Part shown: piece by piece, positions 20,233-29,126 of the stretch
How the letters are laid out: each line of letters begins with the position of its first letter
Numbering within the stretch: position 1 is the stretch's first letter
Sequence record: MZ311863.1
DNA: 64,000 nt
Origin: Escherichia phage vB_EcoM_LNA1
Reading direction: 5' to 3' (one strand)
Translations under genes and position numbers: made by a program
The notes under the pieces: model-generated
What the model was told of the DNA's origin: nothing
The model's input: only the letters and a program-made list of their open reading frames with translations
Database searches by the model: none

Positions 20233-21302
20233 TTAACCAGCACCCAATCTTTTTAGGCGGTGAGAGAAAAACTTTTGACTCACTTAATAAGCACTACCCA
20301 AAAATCTTTGAACTTTATAAACAACAAAAAGCACAAGACTGGTCAGAAGATGAGTTCCCTTTTGAGCAATCACGTCTTGATTTTGAGAGTGTGCCAGCAT
20401 CAATGTCAGGTGTAATGCTTGAGATTCTTAAGTGGCAGTGGGAAGCAGATACCCAAGTTGCTAAGAGCTTGGCATTCGCCTTTGCACCATTCATCTCTGA
20501 TGATATTTATGCAACTGCAATTATGAAGCAGTCTGAGATTGAAAACCTACATGCTCTAACTTACTCGGAGATTGTAAGGCAATGTATTAAAAATCCTGAA
20601 ACAATCTTAGATGAGATTAACCAGAACGTTGCTGTACAAGACCGATTAAAAACTGTGAATCGTGTTCTTGAAGAATTACTAGATGAAGGTATAAACTACC
20701 GACTGAGTTATGTCCGTGGCTCACTTCTGGACAAAGACCCTTTACACTTCCATAAAGTGATTCTGAAAGGTCTATTTGCAGTGACTGCACTGGAAGGTAT
20801 ATCTTTTATGGCATCCTTTGCATGTACTTTTGCACTTGATGCTCAAGATAAATTTCAGGGTATTGCTCAAGCGGTACAGAAAATTATGCTTGACGAAATC
20901 CTTCACACTAAAATTGATATTGAAGTTTTAAAAGAAACTTTAAGAGATGATGAGTGGCAGAAAGCTTTTCAACAAATTCTTCCAGAGATTAAAGTAATCT
21001 TAGATGAAGTAGTTGAAAGTGAAGAGAAATGGTCGTATTATATCTTCTCCGAAGGACGTGCTGTAGTTGGCTTAAATACAAAGCTTCTTCATGAGTGGGT
21101 TTACTATAATGCTGCCCCGCTGTATGACATGTTTGGCATTCAAAGAGATTTTGTAGCTCCTAAAGAACCACCTTTGAAGTACATGATTAAGAAGATGGAA
21201 ATTGATAAAGAGCAGAATGCTAATCAGGAGCAACAGAACGGTGCGTACCTGTTGAATACTGTTGTAGACGATTTGAATAGTGGATTTTTAGAGGTTCCTT
21301 AA
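20229..21302 (+). CDS. nrdB: ribonucleotide reductase class Ia beta subunit
   Basis: start placed at MINQHPIF; ferritin-like di-iron helical protein directly after nrdA. Confidence 0.7.
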   Translation: MINQHPIFLGGERKTFDSLNKHYPKIFELYKQQKAQDWSEDEFPFEQSRLDFESVPASMSGVMLEILKWQWEADTQVAKSLAFAFAPFISDDIYATAIMKQSEIENLHALTYSEIVRQCIKNPETILDEINQNVAVQDRLKTVNRVLEELLDEGINYRLSYVRGSLLDKDPLHFHKVILKGLFAVTALEGISFMASFACTFALDAQDKFQGIAQAVQKIMLDEILHTKIDIEVLKETLRDDEWQKAFQQILPEIKVILDEVVESEEKWSYYIFSEGRAVVGLNTKLLHEWVYYNAAPLYDMFGIQRDFVAPKEPPLKYMIKKMEIDKEQNANQEQQNGAYLLNTVVDDLNSGFLEVP

Positions 21303-21544
21303 TGACTTATGTAATTTACTCCAAAACTGGATGCCCTCAGTGTGAGACTGCAAAGAATTTTGCAAAAGCTCGTGGTATTGACCACGTTGTGAGAATGTTA
21401 GGGCAGGATTATGAGCTATCAGACCTGATGGATATTGCACAGATGCCAGTTCGTCAGATGCCATTCATCATGAAAACTGATGGACAAAACCTAAAACCTG
21501 TTGGTACGCTACAGAATTTTATGGCAGAGGTGAATAATGCTTAA
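21302..21544 (+). CDS. glutaredoxin/NrdH-like redoxin
   Basis: 80 aa; CPQC active-site motif in YSKTGCPQCETAK. Confidence 0.65.
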   Translation: MTYVIYSKTGCPQCETAKNFAKARGIDHVVRMLGQDYELSDLMDIAQMPVRQMPFIMKTDGQNLKPVGTLQNFMAEVNNA

Positions 21545-21743
21545 ACGCCTTTGGGAAGGTTTGGTTGTTGATGCACCAGCTATTGTGATTGGTATGCTTA
21601 TTGTTAACCTATTTACTGACTTTGAACAAGGTTCATTGTTTGGAGCCATGTTACTATGGGTTATCTTTGAAATATTAGAGATACAGTTAGGTATCACTGA
21701 AAAACTAAGAGAACTCTTTGCGAAGTTTTCTAAAAAGATTTAA
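21537..21743 (+). CDS. small hydrophobic protein
   Basis: 68-aa ORF with hydrophobic stretch. Confidence 0.3.
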   Translation: MLKRLWEGLVVDAPAIVIGMLIVNLFTDFEQGSLFGAMLLWVIFEILEIQLGITEKLRELFAKFSKKI

Positions 21744-21750
21744 AATGAAA

Positions 21751-21772
21751 GGGTCTCTTCGGAGACCTTTTT
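21751..21772 (+). terminator. intrinsic terminator
   Basis: ggtctcTTCGgagacc hairpin plus ttttt. Confidence 0.55.
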
Positions 21773-21791
21773 AGCATGTAAAGGGGCAATA

Positions 21792-22988
21792 ATGAACAAA
21801 GTACAGATTATTAAAAAGAATGGCTCACTTGAAGAACCTGATATCAAAAAAGTTTTAGCAGCAGTCACTAAGTCAGCTAATAGGGTTGGGTATAAAGAAC
21901 TACCACCAGATGTTACCCAAGCTCTTGAGTCAGCATTTATGAGGATTCTGGTAAAATCCACTAAGCAGAATAATTTACTCATTTCAGTAAATGATATTCA
22001 CAGTATTGTTGAGGGTGCTTTGGCAGAAGTCAATCACGAGATTTATGAGTCTTACTCAACATATAGAAATTACCGTAAAGAAGTTGCTCAAAATTGGGAT
22101 GAACTCTACCAGAAGACCAAAGATACACTCTTCTTAGGTGACAGAGAGAATGCTAACTTTGACAGCAGTTTAATTTCTACAAAAGGCTCAATTATTCGTG
22201 GTTACCTGACTAAAGAAATCTTTAAACAGTACCATTTAACACCAGAGGAACTTGAAGCCATTGAAAAAGGGTTTATCTATATCCATGATTTAAGAGACCT
22301 GATTTTTGGTGGTATCAACTGTTGCCTGTTTGACATTGGCAAAGTGCTGAAAGGTGGCTTTGAAATGTCTGGCATTGAATACTGTGAACCGAAGTCTGTA
22401 CTGTCAGCCTTACAGGTTATTGGTGATGTAGTTCTTTCAGCAACTGCACAGCAATTTGGTGGCTTTACTTTAGCAGAGATTGATAAGGTACTTGTACCGT
22501 ATGCTAAAAAATCTTTAGTGTACCACTCAGAGAAAGCTGAAGAGTACGGAATCCCTAAAGAGCAACACTATAATTACGTAATGGAGCAATTACAGAATGA
22601 GTTAACACAAGGTTTCCAATCTCTTGAAATGAAACTTAACACTGTTCCTTGCAGTCGCGGTGATTTTGCATTTACTACTCTGACATTTGGTCTGTTGGAA
22701 CCAGATATGCACAATGAAGATAACCGTCTTCAGTTTATGATTGCCAATACAATCCTTAACGTAAGGATGAACGGGCAAGGAAAAAGCAAAAAACCTGTTG
22801 TGTTCCCTAAACTTGTTTATATCTATGAAGAAACGAGACATAAGCTTGATGTATGCCAAGCAAGGTTGTTTGAAAAAGCTATTGAGTGTTGCTCTAAAGC
22901 GATGTATCCAGATTTCTTAAGTGTGTCTGGTCATGGTGCTGTAGCAGAGGCTTTTGAGCGTTCTGGTAAGGTAATTTCACCGATGGGT
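21792..22988 (+). CDS. nrdD: anaerobic ribonucleotide reductase exon 1
   Basis: N-terminal ATP-cone (MNKVQIIKKNGSLEE...); ends ...VISPMG before in-frame TAA; the conserved PMGCR(A/S)FL block is split here. Confidence 0.75.
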
Positions 22989-23730
22989 TAACAAGCTCTA
23001 TAGCTCATCTAAAACGTGCCTAAACAGGGAAACTCTACAGATGTAGATAATCCTGTGCTAAATGATGTAAGATGTAAGAAACTATATAACATAGGAGTAT
23101 TACATGCCAAATTATCATGTTACTGAAGACGGAAGAGTCTTTAGAGAAAATGGTGTAGAGCTTACACAGTGGAAATCCAACACTGGGTATATGAAAGTAA
23201 AGTTTTACGGTAAGAAGAATCGTGACATGTATGTCCATAGGTTAGTTGCTGAGAAATATGTACCTAACCCAAACAATCTTCCAATTGTAAAACACAAAGA
23301 TGATAACAAACTGAACAACCATGCTTCTAACTTAGAATGGGGAACTCATTCTGAGAATGTTAAAGAAGGTTATGAGAACGGTTGCTACAAGTTTTGTAAG
23401 CGTTCATATGCTGTGAAGGCTACACACAAAGTGACAAAAGAAGTTATTGCTGCCAAGTCAATACGAGAGTTATCCAACATACTCGGATATAATCGCAAGA
23501 CTATCTCTTCAATATTGAAGGGTGTAAAAGAGCATAATAACTTTGAACATGAATTTGAATACATCTAAATGCCGAACGACTAACCGTGATGAATGTAGCG
23601 GTGTAGGGTCAAGCGACTCGAAATGGTACGCTACTTAGAAATAAGTAGAAGATATAGTCTGGACTTACTGGTGACAGTAAGCAGCTTGGATAAAGCGGGG
23701 TAAGCGTAGCGAACTTACCTGAACAACAAG
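22989..23730 (+). mobile_element. putative group I intron with HNH homing endonuclease ORF, inserted in nrdD
   Basis: exon 1 ends in U (ggt), intron ends in G (acaag); joining gives in-frame ...SPMG|CRAFLSPYHNEDGEEFYVGRANIGAVSLNLP; contains AGATATAGTCTGGAC (P7-like core) at about 23650. Confidence 0.7.
23104..23568 (+). CDS. HNH homing endonuclease (intron-encoded)
   Basis: 154 aa; HKDDNKLNNHASNLEWGTHSEN HNH-like motif. Confidence 0.6.
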   Translation: MPNYHVTEDGRVFRENGVELTQWKSNTGYMKVKFYGKKNRDMYVHRLVAEKYVPNPNNLPIVKHKDDNKLNNHASNLEWGTHSENVKEGYENGCYKFCKRSYAVKATHKVTKEVIAAKSIRELSNILGYNRKTISSILKGVKEHNNFEHEFEYI

Positions 23731-24678
23731 TGTAGAGCGTTTTTATCACCATACCATAACGAAGATGGTGAAGAGTTTTATGTAGGTCGTGCTAACATTG
23801 GTGCTGTATCTTTGAACTTACCAATGATTTACCAGTATTCTAAAGAGAATGGCTTAGATTTCTGGAAAGAGCTTGATAAGTACCTAGAAATGATTCGCAG
23901 CTTCCACAAGAAACGTTACGAAATGATTGCTAATATGCCAGCAAGTTCTAACCCTCTTGCATTCACACAAGGTGGCCTGTACAAAGGGAATAAGAAACCT
24001 ACTGACAAGGTTGGCTGGGATATCGTGAAGTCCTTCACAGCTTCTTTTGGGGTTACTGCGCTTGATGAGCTATCTGTTCTTGCTGAAGGTAAACGACTTC
24101 ATGAAGTTGGAAGCTGTAGTTTTGCATATGATGTTCTGGAATATATCAACATGAAGACTGAAGAGTTTAAAAATGAAGATGGCTTCTTATATGCAGTCTA
24201 TGGCACTCCAGCAGAATCACTTTGTGGAACTCAGCTAAAACAGTTCAGAGATATGTTTGGCGTTATCAAAGGCGTTTCTGACAAGGAATACTTTACAAAC
24301 AGTTTCCATATGAATGTTGCAGCAGACATTACACCATTTGAGAAGCAGGACTTAGAAGAACCTTTCTTCCATATCTGTAGAGGCGGCAGAATCCAGTATG
24401 TAAGAGTGGCTAATCCAGAAAACTTATCAGCACTTAAGAGTTGTATTACAAGAGGGATGTTGAAAGGTTTCTATCAGGGACTTAACTTTGACTTAGCAAT
24501 CTGTGAACATTGTGGTAACAGACCAAAGGCTGATGTTGAAGAATGTGATGTTTGCCATTCACATGATATTTCTGTGATTAACAGGGTGTGCGGATATCTG
24601 GGATGGACTAAGATTAAAGGTGAATCCCGAATGAACGATGCAAAAATCGCTGAGATTCGTGACAGAATTTCTATGTAA
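23731..24678 (+). CDS. nrdD: anaerobic ribonucleotide reductase exon 2
   Basis: C-terminal Zn-ribbon CEHCG...CDVCH and glycyl-radical motif RVCGYLG; ORF track start at 23812 is TTG within the continuous frame. Confidence 0.75.
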   Translation, partial: CRAFLSPYHNEDGEEFYVGRANIGAVSLNLPMIYQYSKENGLDFWKELDKYLEMIRSFHKKRYEMIANMPASSNPLAFTQGGLYKGNKKPTDKVGWDIVKSFTASFGVTALDELSVLAEGKRLHEVGSCSFAYDVLEYINMKTEEFKNEDGFLYAVYGTPAESLCGTQLKQFRDMFGVIKGVSDKEYFTNSFHMNVAADITPFEKQDLEEPFFHICRGGRIQYVRVANPENLSALKSCITRGMLKGFYQGLNFDLAICEHCGNRPKADVEECDVCHSHDISVINRVCGYLGWTKIKGESRMNDAKIAEIRDRISM

Positions 24679-24689
24679 AACTTGACAAG

Positions 24690-24965
24690 GTGATGCGGGT
24701 CTTGATAGGCTTGCATCACCTTTTTATTTGGAGTTACATTATGGACTTGTGGCTTTATGTAGCAGTTTGTGGGATTGTATGTCTGATAATCTTATTTATT
24801 CTTGGAGTAATGCGATTTAGAGATATTATACAGTCAGATTTTTTGCCTGAGTTTGCCATGATAGTTGGGGTTATTACCCTTTGTGTCTTGGCGGTGTTCT
24901 ATTCATACAAAACTGTGATATGGATGGAGGCAAACAATTGTGTAAAAAACTCATCAGCACCGTGA
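24690..24965 (+). CDS. small membrane protein (two predicted TM helices)
   Basis: 91 aa, hydrophobic segments LWLYVAVCGIVCLIILFILGVM and FAMIVGVITLCVLAVFY. Confidence 0.35.
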   Translation: MMRVLIGLHHLFIWSYIMDLWLYVAVCGIVCLIILFILGVMRFRDIIQSDFLPEFAMIVGVITLCVLAVFYSYKTVIWMEANNCVKNSSAP

Positions 24966-25064
24966 GGTTACTTATTATGTGAGTGTACTTAGTGGTAGCA
25001 CTACTATACTTGTCCCACAAACTTCTGTAGAGTATCTTTACACATGTGATAATGGTAAAACTAT

Positions 25065-25280
25065 ATGGTGGAATTAACAATGACAACACTCTTAAAAGTA
25101 TTGATACCCATACTACATATAGCAGTCTTCTTCTTTGGTGTTAGTGTTATGGTATGGGGCTTTTCAGACCCACAATGGAGTTTCTCATATCATGGTCAGA
25201 TGGACTTATGGTCATGCTTCAAACCATTTTTAGGGTTAGCTATAGCATTCAGTGCATTACCAACTAAGGTGAGATTATGA
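25065..25280 (+). CDS. small membrane protein
   Basis: 71 aa, two hydrophobic segments. Confidence 0.3.
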   Translation: MVELTMTTLLKVLIPILHIAVFFFGVSVMVWGFSDPQWSFSYHGQMDLWSCFKPFLGLAIAFSALPTKVRL

Positions 25281-25672
25281 TTAAGTTGAACCAAAAACAG
25301 TCAGAGTGGATTAAAGATTACGCCTCAGAGTGTGGCTCTTGCGAAAAGAATCACGTAAGATACTCAACATTCCATACGACCTTCACACTGTATATCAGTG
25401 AAAATGTTCTAAGTGATTCTGTAGAAGATGGTGTAGCATTGCCTAATGAATTACTTGATAAACTAGCTGTAGTCTATGGAACTTGGTCTGAGGAAGATGG
25501 TCACGAACTGTCTGATGATGTTGTCTTCTACACCCTTGAAAACATCATGAACCCAGAGTACATTATGCTAATGACTTGCGCACAAGATTGTGTACCTTTA
25601 CAAAGATTTATTAAAGAGCACTGTGAAGAGTTTATTACCAAACAGGTTCCTTGTCAGGTGGTATTTGAATGA
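25277..25672 (+). CDS. hypothetical protein
   Basis: 131-aa ORF. Confidence 0.35.
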   Translation: MIKLNQKQSEWIKDYASECGSCEKNHVRYSTFHTTFTLYISENVLSDSVEDGVALPNELLDKLAVVYGTWSEEDGHELSDDVVFYTLENIMNPEYIMLMTCAQDCVPLQRFIKEHCEEFITKQVPCQVVFE

Positions 25673-25968
25673 GCAAAACAATTCGAAGAAAAGGTTTAAA
25701 GAACGTTCATGGACTTTATGAGTGGAGAAATGAGGTACGTAACAGAGAAAATGCTTCAGAGGTCTACTACCACTCTGACATGATGTCTAGAAAAGGTGGC
25801 TCTTACGACTTCACAAGCCAGCCTTGTAGAGAGATTAAGAAGGCTACTAAACGTCTTACAAGAACACAAATAAGGCAGCTTCCTAAGACATCCTTCTTAG
25901 ATGAAGACTTTGACATTGATAGTAAGTCTCCAAAGAAAGCTGCTAAGAATACTTATATGTATTGGTGA
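25669..25968 (+). CDS. hypothetical basic protein
   Basis: 99-aa ORF. Confidence 0.3.
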   Translation: MSKTIRRKGLKNVHGLYEWRNEVRNRENASEVYYHSDMMSRKGGSYDFTSQPCREIKKATKRLTRTQIRQLPKTSFLDEDFDIDSKSPKKAAKNTYMYW

Positions 25969-25977
25969 GGTAACTAG

Positions 25978-26463
25978 ATGAATTACATGGAGATTAGACC
26001 ATTTGATACAGCTAATGGTGAAGGGGTTCGTGTAAGCCTCTTCGTAGCTGGTTGTAAGCATCACTGTGAAGGCTGCTTTAACAGGGAGTCTTGGAAGTTT
26101 AATGCTGGTAAAGAGTTTACTTATGCAAACCTATACGGAATCATCCAGTTAATGGGTGACGATGCTGTCAGTGGGTTGTCAATACTTGGTGGAGAACCTC
26201 TGGATGATAGAAATATTCAAGAGGTTACCGACATATGCAAACGTGTTAAAACTGTTTACCCAGAGAAGACTATATGGCTCTGGACAGGTTTTCAACTACA
26301 CGAAAAAATTCACCTAGATGTGATGAAATATGTTGACGTGGTGATTGATGGTAAGTATGATTCATCTAAACCAACAGTTAAACCATATCGTGGTTCTGAT
26401 AACCAAAACCTCTGGAGAAAAGAGTATGGGTGGCAAGGTGATTGTCAGTGGAGAGCCGAGTAA
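25978..26463 (+). CDS. nrdG: anaerobic RNR activating enzyme (radical SAM)
   Basis: 161 aa; GCKHHCEGCFN CxxxCxxC-type cluster near N-terminus. Confidence 0.7.
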   Translation: MNYMEIRPFDTANGEGVRVSLFVAGCKHHCEGCFNRESWKFNAGKEFTYANLYGIIQLMGDDAVSGLSILGGEPLDDRNIQEVTDICKRVKTVYPEKTIWLWTGFQLHEKIHLDVMKYVDVVIDGKYDSSKPTVKPYRGSDNQNLWRKEYGWQGDCQWRAE

Positions 26464-26500
26464 GTCTCGTCGTAAAGTAGGTTACGGAAAAGGTGAAATC

Positions 26501-26803
26501 ATGGTTCTTTCTTTTAACAGTGCTTTATTAGGTACTTACAAAGTTAAGACCGAACTACTTGATGAATGGAGAAAGTATACAAACTCACTTTTCGGTAATG
26601 TTGGAATGGAAGCCTTAGCAGAGATTGAGAAGGCTGGAACATTTGAAGTTGTCGGTAAAGGTAACTACACAATGTTCTACAAAACAAATTTAAACGTTGG
26701 CGACAGTATTGTTGGTGTCACTGAAGAAGAACTTAAAACATTTTGTGAAAAGATTGAGAGAGATACGAAATGGGACTCTGGAACAGTTTTAAATCAAAAG
26801 TAA
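26501..26803 (+). CDS. hypothetical protein
   Basis: internal ATG with aaaggtgaaatc RBS chosen to avoid overlap with nrdG. Confidence 0.3.
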   Translation: MVLSFNSALLGTYKVKTELLDEWRKYTNSLFGNVGMEALAEIEKAGTFEVVGKGNYTMFYKTNLNVGDSIVGVTEEELKTFCEKIERDTKWDSGTVLNQK

Positions 26804-27027
26804 AAGCAGCACTAGCTTCATTAGGTATGCTCACTGGTGTTGATGTGACTCATCTTATGCAGAACTTTAAGATGGATGAGGAGCTGACTAATGAGATTAT
26901 GAAAAGTATCTATGTAGGCCGTGGCAAAGGTGGTAAGAAACAAGCCCACCGCCCGTCTGGTGCAGCAGCTATTAAACGAGCAGCTAAGAAAGCTCGTAAC
27001 CGTAAACGTAATAAGAAGGCTAAATAA
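26770..27027 (+). CDS. hypothetical highly basic protein
   Basis: 85 aa; C-terminus AAKKARNRKRNKKAK. Confidence 0.3.
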   Translation: MGLWNSFKSKVKAALASLGMLTGVDVTHLMQNFKMDEELTNEIMKSIYVGRGKGGKKQAHRPSGAAAIKRAAKKARNRKRNKKAK

Positions 27028-27029
27028 TC

Positions 27030-27350
27030 ATGAGCAAAGTTTATAACACTCGCAAATTACAGATTTTCGTACTGTGTCAGTTTATGGCTAAAGAATATAA
27101 TTTCTACTATTGTGGCACAGGTTTCATTAGCGATGATGATGGCTCATACCTACCATTTAAAGAAGCTGTGAAGCTCTTTAATGAAGAGAAAAACTCTAAG
27201 AAAGATATTGAAAAGGTTAAGCTAACCTACAGCAAGAAAGATAAGAAGATTATCTGCCTAGATAACTTTGTAAAAGTTACTGGAGAAGCAAAAGAGTTTA
27301 TGGATGAGAGTGAGATTTCATTCACAAGCATCTTGAAAGTAGCTCAGTAA
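27030..27350 (+). CDS. hypothetical protein
   Basis: 106-aa ORF. Confidence 0.3.
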   Translation: MSKVYNTRKLQIFVLCQFMAKEYNFYYCGTGFISDDDGSYLPFKEAVKLFNEEKNSKKDIEKVKLTYSKKDKKIICLDNFVKVTGEAKEFMDESEISFTSILKVAQ

Positions 27351-27401
27351 ACAGATACTATAAGGGGACTGTAAAGGTTCCCTTTTTATTTTGGAGATAA
27401 A

Positions 27402-27917
27402 ATGTATCTGTCAAACCTGAAACGTTCGGCTGCAATGTCAGTTCTAAGACTCAGCTTTGAGGAACGTCAAGAGTTCATTGACTCCCACCAATACGACCCT
27501 TCTAACTCGAATCACATGGTTCTTTGGAATCGTGATAGTACTCGTGAAAGAGCACTATTCCGCTACTACCCACATTACACCGTAGACAACCTGTATGAAT
27601 GTTTTGTTGTGAAGAACACCATTACAGTACTCAATAAACTTTGCAGATACACAGGTAGTCAATCCTTCACATTAGGACATCACAAACCTGTTACAAAGGG
27701 TGGTGAGCATCACTGTGCAAACTGGTTTATCCAGACTAGACTCGATAACCAGAGGCAAGGTGATAGTCTTTTAAGTACCCCTAAGATGTCCTATGAAGAG
27801 CAAGAGAAATATATCAAAAATAATATGCCAGATGTGCTTGACAACAACTATACAGATTTGGCAATATCTCTCCTGTTGAAGTTCGAGACAGTTTATAGGG
27901 CAACTTATAATGGCTAA
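27402..27917 (+). CDS. putative HNH-like endonuclease
   Basis: 171 aa; GHHKPVTKGGEHHCANWFIQTRLDNQ weakly resembles His-Me finger. Confidence 0.3.
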   Translation: MYLSNLKRSAAMSVLRLSFEERQEFIDSHQYDPSNSNHMVLWNRDSTRERALFRYYPHYTVDNLYECFVVKNTITVLNKLCRYTGSQSFTLGHHKPVTKGGEHHCANWFIQTRLDNQRQGDSLLSTPKMSYEEQEKYIKNNMPDVLDNNYTDLAISLLLKFETVYRATYNG

Positions 27918-28188
27918 AGAGAAGTGGGAGATTTTACCATTAGTCAGTGAAGGCGGTAATGGTTGTGAAATGTACATGATACGTGGTCATGTTCCAGAAC
28001 CAATTGCACTTGAGATGGTAAACAACTTTACAGATGGCTCTTACAAAGACTTAGGGGAGCCAAATATAAAGCAGCAATGGGTAAAGCCTGTACCAGACAG
28101 CACAGGTAACTGTAGTGTACTTTATCACGTTGTAGACCCTGCAAAATGCAAATCTGCAATGGCAGTAACAAACGTAACTTTTGATTGA
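27910..28188 (+). CDS. hypothetical protein
   Basis: 92-aa ORF. Confidence 0.3.
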   Translation: MAKEKWEILPLVSEGGNGCEMYMIRGHVPEPIALEMVNNFTDGSYKDLGEPNIKQQWVKPVPDSTGNCSVLYHVVDPAKCKSAMAVTNVTFD

Positions 28189-29081
28189 GAGAGAAAACTA
28201 TGAAAACTGTTATTGAAGCCGTCGTCACCGCTCAAGAGAAATTCTTCCACACAGAAAAATTTAATATCATTCAATTCCCATCTGGAGAAATTGGTGGAAA
28301 CTTCTCTGAAGATTTTGTTAAGTTTACTGAGCGTAATGCTGGTAAGATTGATAATGTTATAATTACTGTACAGGGATATGACAAAGATACACTGTTTGCA
28401 TTAGCTTTGGCTAAGGATGCCGTTGACAGTCTTGTTCCCCAGAAATCAGCGATGAAAACCGTTGTTTTCGGGTTCTTACCAAATGCTCGATATGACCGCC
28501 ACATGTTCAAAGGTGATGCAGCAGCACTGAAAGTCTTTGCCAACCTAGTTAATGCAATGGGTTTTGATGCAGTATGTGCTCTTGACCCTCACAGTAATGT
28601 TGCAGAAAACTTATTTAAGTGCTTTCAAAGCATGAAGCAAAAAGATGTGGCAGTACACTTTGCAAGTGACCCACGCATTGATTTCTTGGTAGCCCCAGAT
28701 GCAGGTGCAGCTAAGAAGACTGAAGATACCGCTAAAGAGGTGGATAAACCGTATATCACAATGTCTAAGGTGCGCAATCTTAAGACTGGAGAAATCACTG
28801 GTATGCGAATCCTTGACGATGTTGATTTGACCGATAAAACTGTCATGATTCTTGATGATATCTGTGATGGTGGTCGAACCTTCGTAGAGGCAGCTAAACA
28901 CCTACGTGAAGCAGGTGCAAAACGTGTGGAACTCTATGTAACTCATGGTATTTTCTCTAAAGGTGTTGAAAACTTGCTTGACAACGGTATTGACCATATC
29001 TACACTACAAACACTTTAGGTGAAGCTAAAGACCGTGGCTTAACACATTACGCCCAAGTTACTGTAGCAACCATTGATTGA
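28185..29081 (+). CDS. prs: ribose-phosphate pyrophosphokinase (PRPP synthetase)
   Basis: 298 aa; PRPP-binding loop MILDDICDGGRT (consensus DDxxDTGGT). Confidence 0.7.
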   Translation: MREKTMKTVIEAVVTAQEKFFHTEKFNIIQFPSGEIGGNFSEDFVKFTERNAGKIDNVIITVQGYDKDTLFALALAKDAVDSLVPQKSAMKTVVFGFLPNARYDRHMFKGDAAALKVFANLVNAMGFDAVCALDPHSNVAENLFKCFQSMKQKDVAVHFASDPRIDFLVAPDAGAAKKTEDTAKEVDKPYITMSKVRNLKTGEITGMRILDDVDLTDKTVMILDDICDGGRTFVEAAKHLREAGAKRVELYVTHGIFSKGVENLLDNGIDHIYTTNTLGEAKDRGLTHYAQVTVATID

Positions 29082-29090
29082 AACTTTATA

Positions 29091-29111
29091 GGGGCTTGAA
29101 AGCCCCATTTT
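29091..29111 (+). terminator. putative intrinsic terminator
   Basis: ggggcttgaaagcccc hairpin plus atttt. Confidence 0.4.
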
Positions 29112-29126
29112 GAGAGAGATTAAAAG

